From: Planctomycetota bacterium
GTDB taxonomy: Bacteria > Planctomycetota > UBA8108 > UBA1146 > JAJFFE01
Reading direction: 5' to 3'
Length of the DNA: 64,000 bases
NCBI GenBank assembly: GCA_050246115.1
Contig: JBFWWP010000004.1
Coordinates: forward strand, 98,521-162,520
In this document: piece by piece, positions 1 through 7,992 of the stretch
Layout: the number at the start of each line of letters is the position of its first letter
Position numbering within the stretch: position 1 is the stretch's first letter
The notes under the pieces: model-generated
Told to the model about the DNA's origin: nothing
What the model saw: the letters and a program-made list of their open reading frames with translations, nothing else
The model's database searches: none
Position numbers and translations under genes: made by a program

Positions 1-95
1 TCCTGGCGCCGTTCGAAGGAGTAGTCCAACGGCCCGCCGACCTCTGGTGTCAGATCTCCATCGCCCATGGCGATTGTCGCGCGTTCGCTCCCGCG

Positions 96-2582
96 GTGCG
101 GGCGGCGGAGCGCGCCCTCGAGCTGGACCCGCGAAGTTCGTGGGCGTGGCGACTCCTGGGACTCCGGCGTCTCGATCTCGCGGAGATCGAGCCGGCGATC
201 GCGGCCTTGACTCAGAGCAGCGACGTGAATCCCAGCGACTTCTGGTCATGGCGTGCGCTCGCCGAGCTCCACCGCGACCGCGGCGAGTACGAGAAGTCGT
301 TGGCCTGGATTCGGCACCGACATGCGTGGCGGCCCACGGACGACCGCATCTACGTCGAGCTGTTCGAGACGTGTCGCGCAGGTGGGCTTTGGGCGGAAGG
401 GGAACGTTGGTTCACCGAACTCGGGGCGGGGCGCTTCGACGAACCCGAGCGCCAGCTGTACCTGGGCCGTCTGCGCGAGGCGGCAGGCGACGCGACGGGT
501 GCGCTGGCCGCCTACGACACGGCGCTCGAGCTGGCACCGACGATGCGGGAGGCGCTCCTCCAGCGCTCCAAGTTCATGCGCAGGCTCGGTCGCAGGCAGG
601 AGTGCCGGCGAGACTTGGAGACGCTGCTCGCACTCGAGCCCGCACACACCGACGCGCTCGAGGTGTACATCTCAGATCTCGATAGCGGCGACGCGGAGCA
701 AGTCGCAGGTGCGACCGCTTTGCTCGAGCGAGCGCTGTCCAGCTCCCCGGACACACACGAGATCTACGGTCAGATCAACCGCCTCTCGCAACGAACGGGG
801 GATCCGGCACGGCTCGTCTACCTGTTCGAAGCCATGCGAGGTCGAACGGCGAGCCCCGCTACGCTCGAGGGGTACATCGGTACGGCGTTCCTCGATGCGG
901 GCCGGCTCGACGAAGCGGAGGTCGCCTTCCGCCAAGCGACCGCGATCAATCCCCACATGGCGTGGGGCTGGTCGCGGCTCGGCGATCTCGAGCGCGCACG
1001 CGGGAGGATCGACGAAGCGATCCGCCTTTGGGAACAGGCGATCGCGCGCAATCCGAGAGGCAGCTATCCCTACACGGCGCTCGCCGAAGTGGCATGCGAG
1101 CGCGGAGATCCGGAGGCGCGTTGGTCTGCCCTGTCGCGCCGGCTCGCAACAGACCCCGACAACCCAGACTTCCAAAGCGACCTCGAGGACCTGGCGGCGG
1201 AGCTCAGCTGCGTCGACCGTTTCGAGGAGTTCGTACGTTCCTTGCTCCCCGCCTCGCGAGCCCCCAACGAACTCATGACCCGCCTGGCGTACGTCCTCCA
1301 GGAGACCGGCCAGACGGCGCGCGCGATCGAAGCCTGCGATGAGGCGATCCGCTGGAATCCGCGCGACAGCTGGGCCCACGCCAAGCGCGCGACCTTTCTC
1401 CGGTTGCTCGACCGACACGACGAGGCGCTGACCGCCGCGGAGGCTTCGCTCGCCATCCTCCCGAGCAGCGCCGAAGCAGCGATCCAGCGGTACCTCTCGC
1501 TCTGCGCTACCGGGCGATCCGCCGCTGCCGATGCCGGCTTCTTCGATGCGATCCCGCGGGCTCCCCGGGCACGGCGGTTGTTCGACGTCTACGTGAATGA
1601 GCACGAGAAGCGGCGCCCGGCGGAGGCCGCGGCCCGCCTCTTGGAACACGCGAACGCGGTCATGCCAACGCTCGATCTGCTTCTCGCGGCGTCGCGGCTG
1701 TTGATTGCCGGCCGCAAGATCGAGCGCGCCTTCGCCATCATCGACCGCGTGTGCCACGAGTACCCCCAGGAAGCCGCCGGGTACTTTCGCGGGGTGACAC
1801 TCGCGAACGAGAAGAATCGCCGCGGTCGGCTCGAGACGTTCGCCATGCTCGGACTCACCACGCTGTCGGTACCTCGGCTCGAACTCGTCGAGTGGTTGGT
1901 CCACGACACCAACCGAGAGTGGTTTGCCCGTGCCGTGAGAGCGCGGCGGTTTCGGCGCGGCCTCGCCTCCTGTCGCTCCGAGGAAGAACTGCATCCGCTC
2001 GTCGAGCGCTGCCGTTCCCAGAGGTCAGCGTACGCCCGGTTGGCGCAGGTCAGACCCAGCGTCCTTGCGGTTCGGGTCGCGATCAGCGACCTGCACCAGG
2101 GCAAGTTCCGACGAGCCCGGCAGACTCTCGAGGCGGTCCTTCGCCTGCGTGCCGGCGACGTGCCGGCGCTCACGGTCCTGGCGAACGTCGCGATCCAATT
2201 GGGCGACGGCAAGGCGGCGCTCGAGTGCCTCCAGCGGACGCGCCGCGCCATGGTCGACGGCGAAGCCAACCGCTGGCACGACCTCGCCGTCGCAGCGCAT
2301 CTCCTCGTGGGCAACTTCGAGCGCGCGCAAGAAGCCGCTCGCGCCTCGTGGAGGCGGTATGAAGTCGAAGGGTCGTACTGGCCGCGATCCCTCGAGGGAA
2401 CCTGCCGCTCAATGGCCCTCGCGCACGCGCGCCGGGGACAACTCGCGGAGAGTCGCGAATGGGCCAAGCGGCATCAACTCGTTGCGTCTGACCGGAACCG
2501 GCGACGCTTGCGCTGGCGACTGCTCCTGGCACGCTGCCAACGGTGGCTGCGCTGGCGGCGGACGCCGCCCCGGCACGCGTAA
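96..2582 (+). CDS. TPR-repeat protein (large, all-alpha tetratricopeptide repeats); may be 5'-partial because the window starts just upstream
   Basis: 828-aa ORF with many degenerate 34-residue TPR-like units (W-LG-Y-A---A-P patterns, e.g. 'AWRLLGL', 'AAYDTALELAP', 'ARAIEACDEAIRWNP'). Coding-like composition throughout. The stop TAA at 2580-2582 lies inside the MITE-like element 2579-2661. Confidence 0.65.
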   Translation: MRAAERALELDPRSSWAWRLLGLRRLDLAEIEPAIAALTQSSDVNPSDFWSWRALAELHRDRGEYEKSLAWIRHRHAWRPTDDRIYVELFETCRAGGLWAEGERWFTELGAGRFDEPERQLYLGRLREAAGDATGALAAYDTALELAPTMREALLQRSKFMRRLGRRQECRRDLETLLALEPAHTDALEVYISDLDSGDAEQVAGATALLERALSSSPDTHEIYGQINRLSQRTGDPARLVYLFEAMRGRTASPATLEGYIGTAFLDAGRLDEAEVAFRQATAINPHMAWGWSRLGDLERARGRIDEAIRLWEQAIARNPRGSYPYTALAEVACERGDPEARWSALSRRLATDPDNPDFQSDLEDLAAELSCVDRFEEFVRSLLPASRAPNELMTRLAYVLQETGQTARAIEACDEAIRWNPRDSWAHAKRATFLRLLDRHDEALTAAEASLAILPSSAEAAIQRYLSLCATGRSAAADAGFFDAIPRAPRARRLFDVYVNEHEKRRPAEAAARLLEHANAVMPTLDLLLAASRLLIAGRKIERAFAIIDRVCHEYPQEAAGYFRGVTLANEKNRRGRLETFAMLGLTTLSVPRLELVEWLVHDTNREWFARAVRARRFRRGLASCRSEEELHPLVERCRSQRSAYARLAQVRPSVLAVRVAISDLHQGKFRRARQTLEAVLRLRAGDVPALTVLANVAIQLGDGKAALECLQRTRRAMVDGEANRWHDLAVAAHLLVGNFERAQEAARASWRRYEVEGSYWPRSLEGTCRSMALAHARRGQLAESREWAKRHQLVASDRNRRRLRWRLLLARCQRWLRWRRTPPRHA

Positions 2583-2661
2583 GGGGTCGCCCAAGGACCG
2601 GTCGAAGATGGCCCGAAGCAACGAGCAAGAGGGTGAAGTCATTCTTGGGCGACTCCTAAGG
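2579..2661. mobile_element. MITE-like element, short (internally deleted) copy: two ~20-bp inverted ends directly abutting. Overlaps the stop codon of the TPR gene.
   Basis: Sequence 'taaggggtcgcccaagg...gaagtcattcttgggcgactcctaagg' carries the same terminal inverted repeats as the full-length copies at 9184-9371 and 57411-57597. The internal 'accggtcgaagatggcccgaagcaacgagcaagagggtgaag' matches the right half of those copies. Confidence 0.55.
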
Positions 2662-2799
2662 GGCCGATCGGCGAGTGCGACGCAGCACGCGACCGCCCCC
2701 GTGGCCGACGACGAACCTCCTCGTGACCGCACTTCGTTGGCAGCGGATGCACTTGGCCCCGAGCCAAGAGAGGTGGCGCGAGGATCGCGGGTGACTGAA

Positions 2800-5700
2800 T
2801 CAGGGGCATGCAGACTGCGCACACCCCAGAGCATCGGCTGTCGGGTCCGACCCGCAGGACGATGGTGGTGGTAGCGGGCCCGAGCTGAACAGGAAGCCGA
2901 GGATCGTGATCACGTCGGCGATGTTGCTCGCACCGTCGTCGTTGCCATCGCACGCATCCATGCACGGTGGCGTGGAGCCCGCCGCGAAAGTCGCGTTGAG
3001 CAGGAAGATCGCGTCGGAGATGTCGCGCCCGCCATCCGCGTTGCAGTCGCCCCGTAAGAAGTCGGCGTTGCCCACGATCGTGCCGAGGGCCCAATCGACG
3101 GCGCGATCGATCAGATCCCGAGCGACGGGCGTCACCTGCAGCCAGGTCGAGTCCTCGAGGAACAAGAAAACACGCCGCGCGGGAGCCGCATGCCCCCCGA
3201 ACAACGGAGCGCCGGAGTCGGCGACGAGCACCGCGGCTTCGGCGGGCACGCCAGCGCGCGACGCGAGGACCGTCGCGCCGATGGGAAACGGCGAGACACC
3301 GACACTCATGTTGGCGGCGGTCGTGAAGACGGCTTGTGGAATCCCGGTCACCAGCCCCTGCGTGATGGGATGCGGCGCCACGGTCACTTCGATCGCGTTG
3401 GCTCCGAACGCCACGGCCCCGGCGTTCGCGAGCGGCTCACGATCGGGACGTAGCAGCGCGCTCTCCCAGAACAGCAGCGGCACGGCCTCGTCGCGAAACT
3501 CCGCACCGACGTTGGCCGAGGTCACGGTCGAGGACACGATGACCAAGTCATGCGTGGCGGCCAGTGCAGCTGCAGATGGGCGGTTGGCGGGCTCGTCGTC
3601 GTACGCGAGCACTTCGAGGCCACGGGCCCGCAAGTGATCGGCGAACGCTTCGTCCGCTGGGGTCGGTGGGAGCGAGCCACCGATCATGCCGACCAGCGGA
3701 AAGTCGCCGACACGCACGAACGCGACCTTCTGGGTGGCGACGAGTCCGTTCGCGCCGCTCACCCGCAAGGTGACATCGTAGATGCCGTCCTGGGCATACA
3801 CATGGCTGGGATTCTGGAGCGCACTCATCGATCCGTCACCAAAGCTCCACTCCCAAGCGGTCGCAACCGGAACGGTCGACAGATCGGTGAACTGCACGTT
3901 CAAGGGCGCGAGGCCACTCGTGACGCTGGCCGCGAAGTCGACTGCGCCGACGTATTTGATGCGCAGGATGTGGGAGCCGACGGCGGTGGGTGAAGCAAAG
4001 TCCTGGTCTGCGTAGAAGTCACTGAAATACAGCCCGTCCGGGCCGGCGGCCAGCGCGACCGCCGTGGCCTTGCCGTTGCCGACATAGCTCACGAACGGTG
4101 TGGGACCACTGATCAACGTGCCAGTCGGACTCAGAACGTACTCGCGGATCTGCTTGCCGTTCGACTGAGCACCCGTGGCCCAAGTCGGCCCCGAGTCAGC
4201 GATGAAGGCGTGACCCTGCTTGTCCGCGGGGAACAGGCTGCCGCCGAAAGTTGCGCCTTGGATGAACGCGATGTTCGTGGGCCCCACCGCGGGCGCCCAG
4301 TTGAGGATCGCGAAGTTGGTCATGCTGTTGTCGGAGCCGTTCCAGAGGTAGTTCTGGCCGGGGCTGATCTTCGCGAAGCGATCGATGCTGGGCCCGTTTT
4401 CGACCTCGTAGAGCGCTCCATCGGCTGCGCGCCAAGCACCGCCGAACGGATTGCGCAACCCATAGGCATACACGTAGTCGGCGGCGTTGATGCCGTTGCC
4501 CGCGTCGTAGAACGGATTGTCCACCGGCGCGGTGCCGTCGAGTTCGAGTCGCAGGATCTTGCCGCGGAACGAGTTCAGGTTCTGGGCCGTGCCCGCGTCG
4601 AAGCCGTCGCCCATGTGAACGTACAGTTTGCCATCCGGTCCGAGGCTCAAATTCGAGATCTGGTGGGACTGCCCCTGCGACTCACCCACCATGTTCAGGA
4701 TCACGTTCTGTTGACTCGCGGTCAGGCCTCCGTCGGTGCTCGAGAAGCGCACGACCCGCGGGTAGTGCGGCCCGCCGGCGTCGGCGAGGAAGGCTGCGAA
4801 CACATCCCCCGAACTCGGTTCGACGACGATGCCGGTGAGTCCCTGCTCTCCGGATCCGGGGAAGAGACCGGTGGGCGAGAAGTTGAGGAGGTTCGTGGCA
4901 TAGTCGGTGACGGTCCCCGACTGGGTCACCACCTTGATCGTGCCATAGAGTTCGGTCACGTAGTAGAGCGGAGCATCGGGACCGATGCCCGGGTTGGGCA
5001 CGAACGCGATGTTGACCGGCAGTCGGAATCCGCTCGCCACGATCTCCACTCGGTACCCCGGCTGGTGCATCTGCCAAGGCACCGGAATCCCGCGCGCGAG
5101 AGTGGAGAAGTCCGGTTGCGTCTGAGTACTGGACCCAACGTACGTGGCACCGACGGCGGACACCCAAAAGTAGGCATCGCTACCGAGACCGACACTCACC
5201 GACGGCAGATAGACGGTGTGCATGGCACCATCGTGGTCGGTGAAGGAGAGATCGCTCTCGGGCAGCACCAGGCCAGGGCTCAATCCCCCCGCCGAGATCC
5301 GGATCCGTGTCGGCGTGTGGAACGGGAGTGCCGGCGGATTGGTCACGGCGTTCGTCGTCCCGTCGAACCCCTGGAGCGCGAGCAGCAAGCCGCCCGTCGC
5401 GGACTCGACGAAGACTCCAGGAGCCACGGTCGCACCGGCAAGCACGACAGGTTGCCCCGAAATGTCGATCCAGGTGGGTGCGGGGGCAACCGCGAGGTCG
5501 TCGAGCTCGAGCGGGAAGATCTCGGTGGGAGGGCCGGTCACGAAAGTACGCTCCGACCACGCACTCCACTCCCCGCCGCCCGGCGCGCTGTCGTCTCGGT
5601 GACGCACCTGGAGTCGATAATCGTTGTCGTAGAAGAGCTCGGTGCGACCGGCGTGAGAACCGCTGAAGACGCCGTCGCCGAGGTGAGTGTGCACCGCTTC

Positions 5701-5961
5701 GAGCCCGGTGATGCACAGCGTGCTCCACACCCGCTCGACTGGCGTCACGGACCAAATCTCCCAGTCGGTGCAGAAGTGCGCGTCCCCCGGGTCCGGATCT
5801 GCAAACGGAGCGGTCTCCATGTGAACGTCGGCGGGATTCACGACCTGGCCATTGGCGACGGGCTCATTGATCGTGGGGGCGTTGGGCGGAAGTGCCGAGA
5901 CGAGAGTCGTGGCGAACCAACCGATTGCCAAGACCGCTCGGCCGCAGAGCATCTTCGACAT
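2800..5961 (-). CDS. Secreted multidomain protein: signal peptide, PQQ-type glucose/sorbosone dehydrogenase-like beta-propeller, PKD domain, unassigned alpha/beta domain, C-terminal dockerin module + Cys-rich tail
   Basis: Start trimmed to the ATG at 5961 ('MSKMLCGRAVLAIGWFATTLVSALP' signal-like). The 'YAYGLRNPFG' and 'GQNYLWNG' motifs are typical of the soluble glucose/sorbosone dehydrogenase (GSDH) fold. The PKD-like stretch is 'LNVQFTDLS...WEWSFGDGS...HVYAQDGIYDVTLRVSGANG'. C-terminus: 'RGDCNADGGRDISDAIFLLNATFAAGSTPPCMDACDGNDDGASNIADVITILGFLFSSGPLPPPSSCGSDPTADALGCAQSACP', with two Ca-binding-loop-like DxNxDG repeats characteristic of dockerin. Confidence 0.75.
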   Translation of the reverse strand: MSKMLCGRAVLAIGWFATTLVSALPPNAPTINEPVANGQVVNPADVHMETAPFADPDPGDAHFCTDWEIWSVTPVERVWSTLCITGLEAVHTHLGDGVFSGSHAGRTELFYDNDYRLQVRHRDDSAPGGGEWSAWSERTFVTGPPTEIFPLELDDLAVAPAPTWIDISGQPVVLAGATVAPGVFVESATGGLLLALQGFDGTTNAVTNPPALPFHTPTRIRISAGGLSPGLVLPESDLSFTDHDGAMHTVYLPSVSVGLGSDAYFWVSAVGATYVGSSTQTQPDFSTLARGIPVPWQMHQPGYRVEIVASGFRLPVNIAFVPNPGIGPDAPLYYVTELYGTIKVVTQSGTVTDYATNLLNFSPTGLFPGSGEQGLTGIVVEPSSGDVFAAFLADAGGPHYPRVVRFSSTDGGLTASQQNVILNMVGESQGQSHQISNLSLGPDGKLYVHMGDGFDAGTAQNLNSFRGKILRLELDGTAPVDNPFYDAGNGINAADYVYAYGLRNPFGGAWRAADGALYEVENGPSIDRFAKISPGQNYLWNGSDNSMTNFAILNWAPAVGPTNIAFIQGATFGGSLFPADKQGHAFIADSGPTWATGAQSNGKQIREYVLSPTGTLISGPTPFVSYVGNGKATAVALAAGPDGLYFSDFYADQDFASPTAVGSHILRIKYVGAVDFAASVTSGLAPLNVQFTDLSTVPVATAWEWSFGDGSMSALQNPSHVYAQDGIYDVTLRVSGANGLVATQKVAFVRVGDFPLVGMIGGSLPPTPADEAFADHLRARGLEVLAYDDEPANRPSAAALAATHDLVIVSSTVTSANVGAEFRDEAVPLLFWESALLRPDREPLANAGAVAFGANAIEVTVAPHPITQGLVTGIPQAVFTTAANMSVGVSPFPIGATVLASRAGVPAEAAVLVADSGAPLFGGHAAPARRVFLFLEDSTWLQVTPVARDLIDRAVDWALGTIVGNADFLRGDCNADGGRDISDAIFLLNATFAAGSTPPCMDACDGNDDGASNIADVITILGFLFSSGPLPPPSSCGSDPTADALGCAQSACP

Positions 5962-6210
5962 GGGAACCTCTCGTGTTGCGTGACCCGTCGCTCCAACCCG
6001 CAAGTACGAAGCCGCTGCTCTCGCGGTAGGCGGCTATCATGAGCACTGCCGCCCACGGCAACCACAGGCTCGTCGGCGGAGCGGCTCGATCCCGGCGGGC
6101 GTGGATCGAAATGGCCGCCCGCGTACCCCGAAATCCGCGATCCTTCGTGGCCGCGCGGTGCTACAACAGTACTCCCGGAGACGACCCTGACTCAACTACG
6201 GAGTTTACCC

Positions 6211-7416
6211 ATGCACCGAGATGTCCGCCTGGTCCTGATGAATGTCGTCGTGACTTGCATCCTTCTCTGGCTCGGCTCGACCTTCTTCGGCGGGACCGGG
6301 GTGGCTCTGCCGACCGCCCCCGCCCCCGGAATCTTCGTGTGGGGGGATGCCAACTGTGACGGTTCGCTCAACATCTCCGATCCAGTGACGATTCTGGGCT
6401 ATCTGTTCAGCTCGGCGCCGCTGCCTCCGGCATGCGCGCAATCCTTCTTCGCGCCGGACCAACTCGCTACCTTGCAGGAGATCCTCCCACACCTGAGCCG
6501 CGTGGAACTCGACGACGGCCTTGGCGGGACGGTCCCGACGATCCGCCTGACCGGAGTCAACCTGCAGATCGTGAACGGCTCGGGCGCGACCAACGGCAAT
6601 CCGGCAAGTCCAAACAGCGTAAACGGCATGACGAACGGGACCGGCAACTTGATCGTTGGCTACAACGAGTTCGGCACCGGCGGCAACAACCGCACGGGAT
6701 CTCACAACCTGGTCGTGGGCTCGGCGCTGCAGTACGAGCGTTGGGGCGGAGCGGTCTTGGGGCAGGGGAACGTCATCCGCGGCGCGTGGTCGAGCGTGAC
6801 CGGCGGGAACGCCAACACCGCCATCGGGGACTACGCCGCGATCACCGGCGGTCTCAACAACGAAGCTGCCGGCGACTACTCGTCGATTTCGGGTGGGCAG
6901 TTCAATGCCTCGAGCGGAGACATCGGTTGGGTCGGCGGCGGCAATGCCAACGAGGCCGCAGGAGTCGAGTCGTGCGTGTCGGGGGGAGCCAGCAACACGG
7001 CCCTCGGCGCCGCCTCCGCGGTGAGCGGCGGCGAGTTCAACAGTGCGGACGGTGACCGAGCCAGCGTGGCGGGTGGCAGAGCGAACAGCGCGGTTGGGCT
7101 CGGTGCCGTGGTCGTCGGCGGCCAAGACAACTTCGCGGGTGGCGTGCGAGCGGCGGTGTTCGGCGGGCAACGCAACGAGGCCGACGGAACCGCCGCGGTC
7201 GTGGTGGGTGGCGGCGGACCGGATCCGTTCCTGGACGGCAACCGCGCGCTCGGCGACTGGTCGGTGATCACGGGCGGACGCCAAAATGACGCGACTGGCA
7301 ACGGCTCGACCGTCGGCGGTGGACGTCAGAACGTCACCGCTCCCACCGCCGAGTACTCGGTGGTGGCAGGCGGCTGTTTGGAAACGACGTTCAGCCCGTG
7401 CGAGCTTGCCCCGTAG
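6211..7416 (+). CDS. Secreted repeat protein: N-terminal signal/TM, a single dockerin-like half-repeat, then ~14-residue 'GG-x-N-x-A-x-G' tandem repeats (YadA-head / tail-fibre-like)
   Basis: ATG at 6211 with GGAG 7 nt upstream. N-terminus: 'GDANCDGSLNISDPVTILGYLFSSAPLPPAC'. Then 'SVTGGNANTAIGDYAAITGGLNNEAAGDYSSISGGQFNASSGDIGWVGGGNANEAAGVESCVSGGASNTALGAASAVSGGEFNSADGDRASVAGGRANSAVG...'. Ends 'GGCLETTFSPCELAP'. Confidence 0.6.
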   Translation: MHRDVRLVLMNVVVTCILLWLGSTFFGGTGVALPTAPAPGIFVWGDANCDGSLNISDPVTILGYLFSSAPLPPACAQSFFAPDQLATLQEILPHLSRVELDDGLGGTVPTIRLTGVNLQIVNGSGATNGNPASPNSVNGMTNGTGNLIVGYNEFGTGGNNRTGSHNLVVGSALQYERWGGAVLGQGNVIRGAWSSVTGGNANTAIGDYAAITGGLNNEAAGDYSSISGGQFNASSGDIGWVGGGNANEAAGVESCVSGGASNTALGAASAVSGGEFNSADGDRASVAGGRANSAVGLGAVVVGGQDNFAGGVRAAVFGGQRNEADGTAAVVVGGGGPDPFLDGNRALGDWSVITGGRQNDATGNGSTVGGGRQNVTAPTAEYSVVAGGCLETTFSPCELAP

Positions 7417-7508
7417 CCGAGAAGGCGCAGCCACCCGTTCCATGCGAAGGCGCGTGCGCCACTGGGCGGCGGGCATCGGGTCTTGGGGGCTGCAGAGCGG
7501 CGAAGCCG

Positions 7509-7845
7509 GATGCGGACAGGCTGTCCGCGCTCCCAGGGCGCGCCGGGGCGTGTGGAGAGCGTGGGACTTGCGTATGCGTCGCGCTGGTACGATGGGCGGG
7601 GAGAAGACGGGAACGGGATCGTCGGGCGTGGGACTTGCGTATGCGTCGCGTTGGTGCGTTGGGCGGGGAGAAGACGGGAACGGGATCGTCGGGCGTGGGC
7701 TCGTGCGTATGCGTCGCGTTGGTGCGTTGGGCGGGGGGAGAGGAGCAAGACCCTCGGGAATGCCGCCGGAACTCGAAAGGGGAGCAGGTTCGTCGATGAC
7801 GTGCAGGGCACGCTATGCAGGGCGCTGGAGTCACCATCGCTGTGC
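7509..7845. repeat. Dispersed intergenic repeat family B, copy 1, containing a 67-bp unit tandemly repeated ~2.8 times (7561-7750)
   Basis: 'gatgcggacaggctgtccgcgctcccagggcgcgccggggc.tgtg.agagcg.gggacttgcgtatgcgtcgcg.tggt.cg.tgggcgggg.agaagacggg.acgggatcgtcg' is shared with 25648-25760. The distal 'gggcacgctatgcagggcg...gagtcaccatcgc.gtg' is shared with 25783-25815. Contains the perfect palindrome 'ggacaggctgtcc'. Confidence 0.6.
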
Positions 7846-7992
7846 TGATCAGGAGCCCATGCGGCTTGCTTCGGGTCTAGAGGACAGCGGTCGAATCGAG
7901 TACTCTTCTGCCTTCCAAACCGCACGCGCGGTAACGACATGCAGACTGGGGACGCGTTCCCCTGAAGTTCTTGCCCGCTGGGAGAGGCAAAC

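Noticed and set aside
672-1994. 440-aa minus-strand ORF and other ORFs nested in 96-2582
   Set aside because: Antisense/off-frame of the TPR protein gene; R-rich.
4210-6042. 610-aa plus-strand ORF
   Set aside because: Antisense to the well-supported 1053-aa secreted multidomain gene; R/G/V-rich composition typical of off-frame high-GC translation.
7561-7750. Possible CRISPR array / VNTR of 67-bp units
   Set aside because: Only ~2.8 directly abutting copies and no spacers; it is part of the dispersed family-B element also found at 25648-25815.
7483-7848. Small ORFs starting 'MRTGCPRSQGAPG...' found in both copies of repeat family B (also 25627-...)
   Set aside because: Their conservation is only a consequence of nucleotide identity. 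The few differences between copies are all non-synonymous (R/H, E/K, V/A), so there is no sign of purifying selection on a protein.
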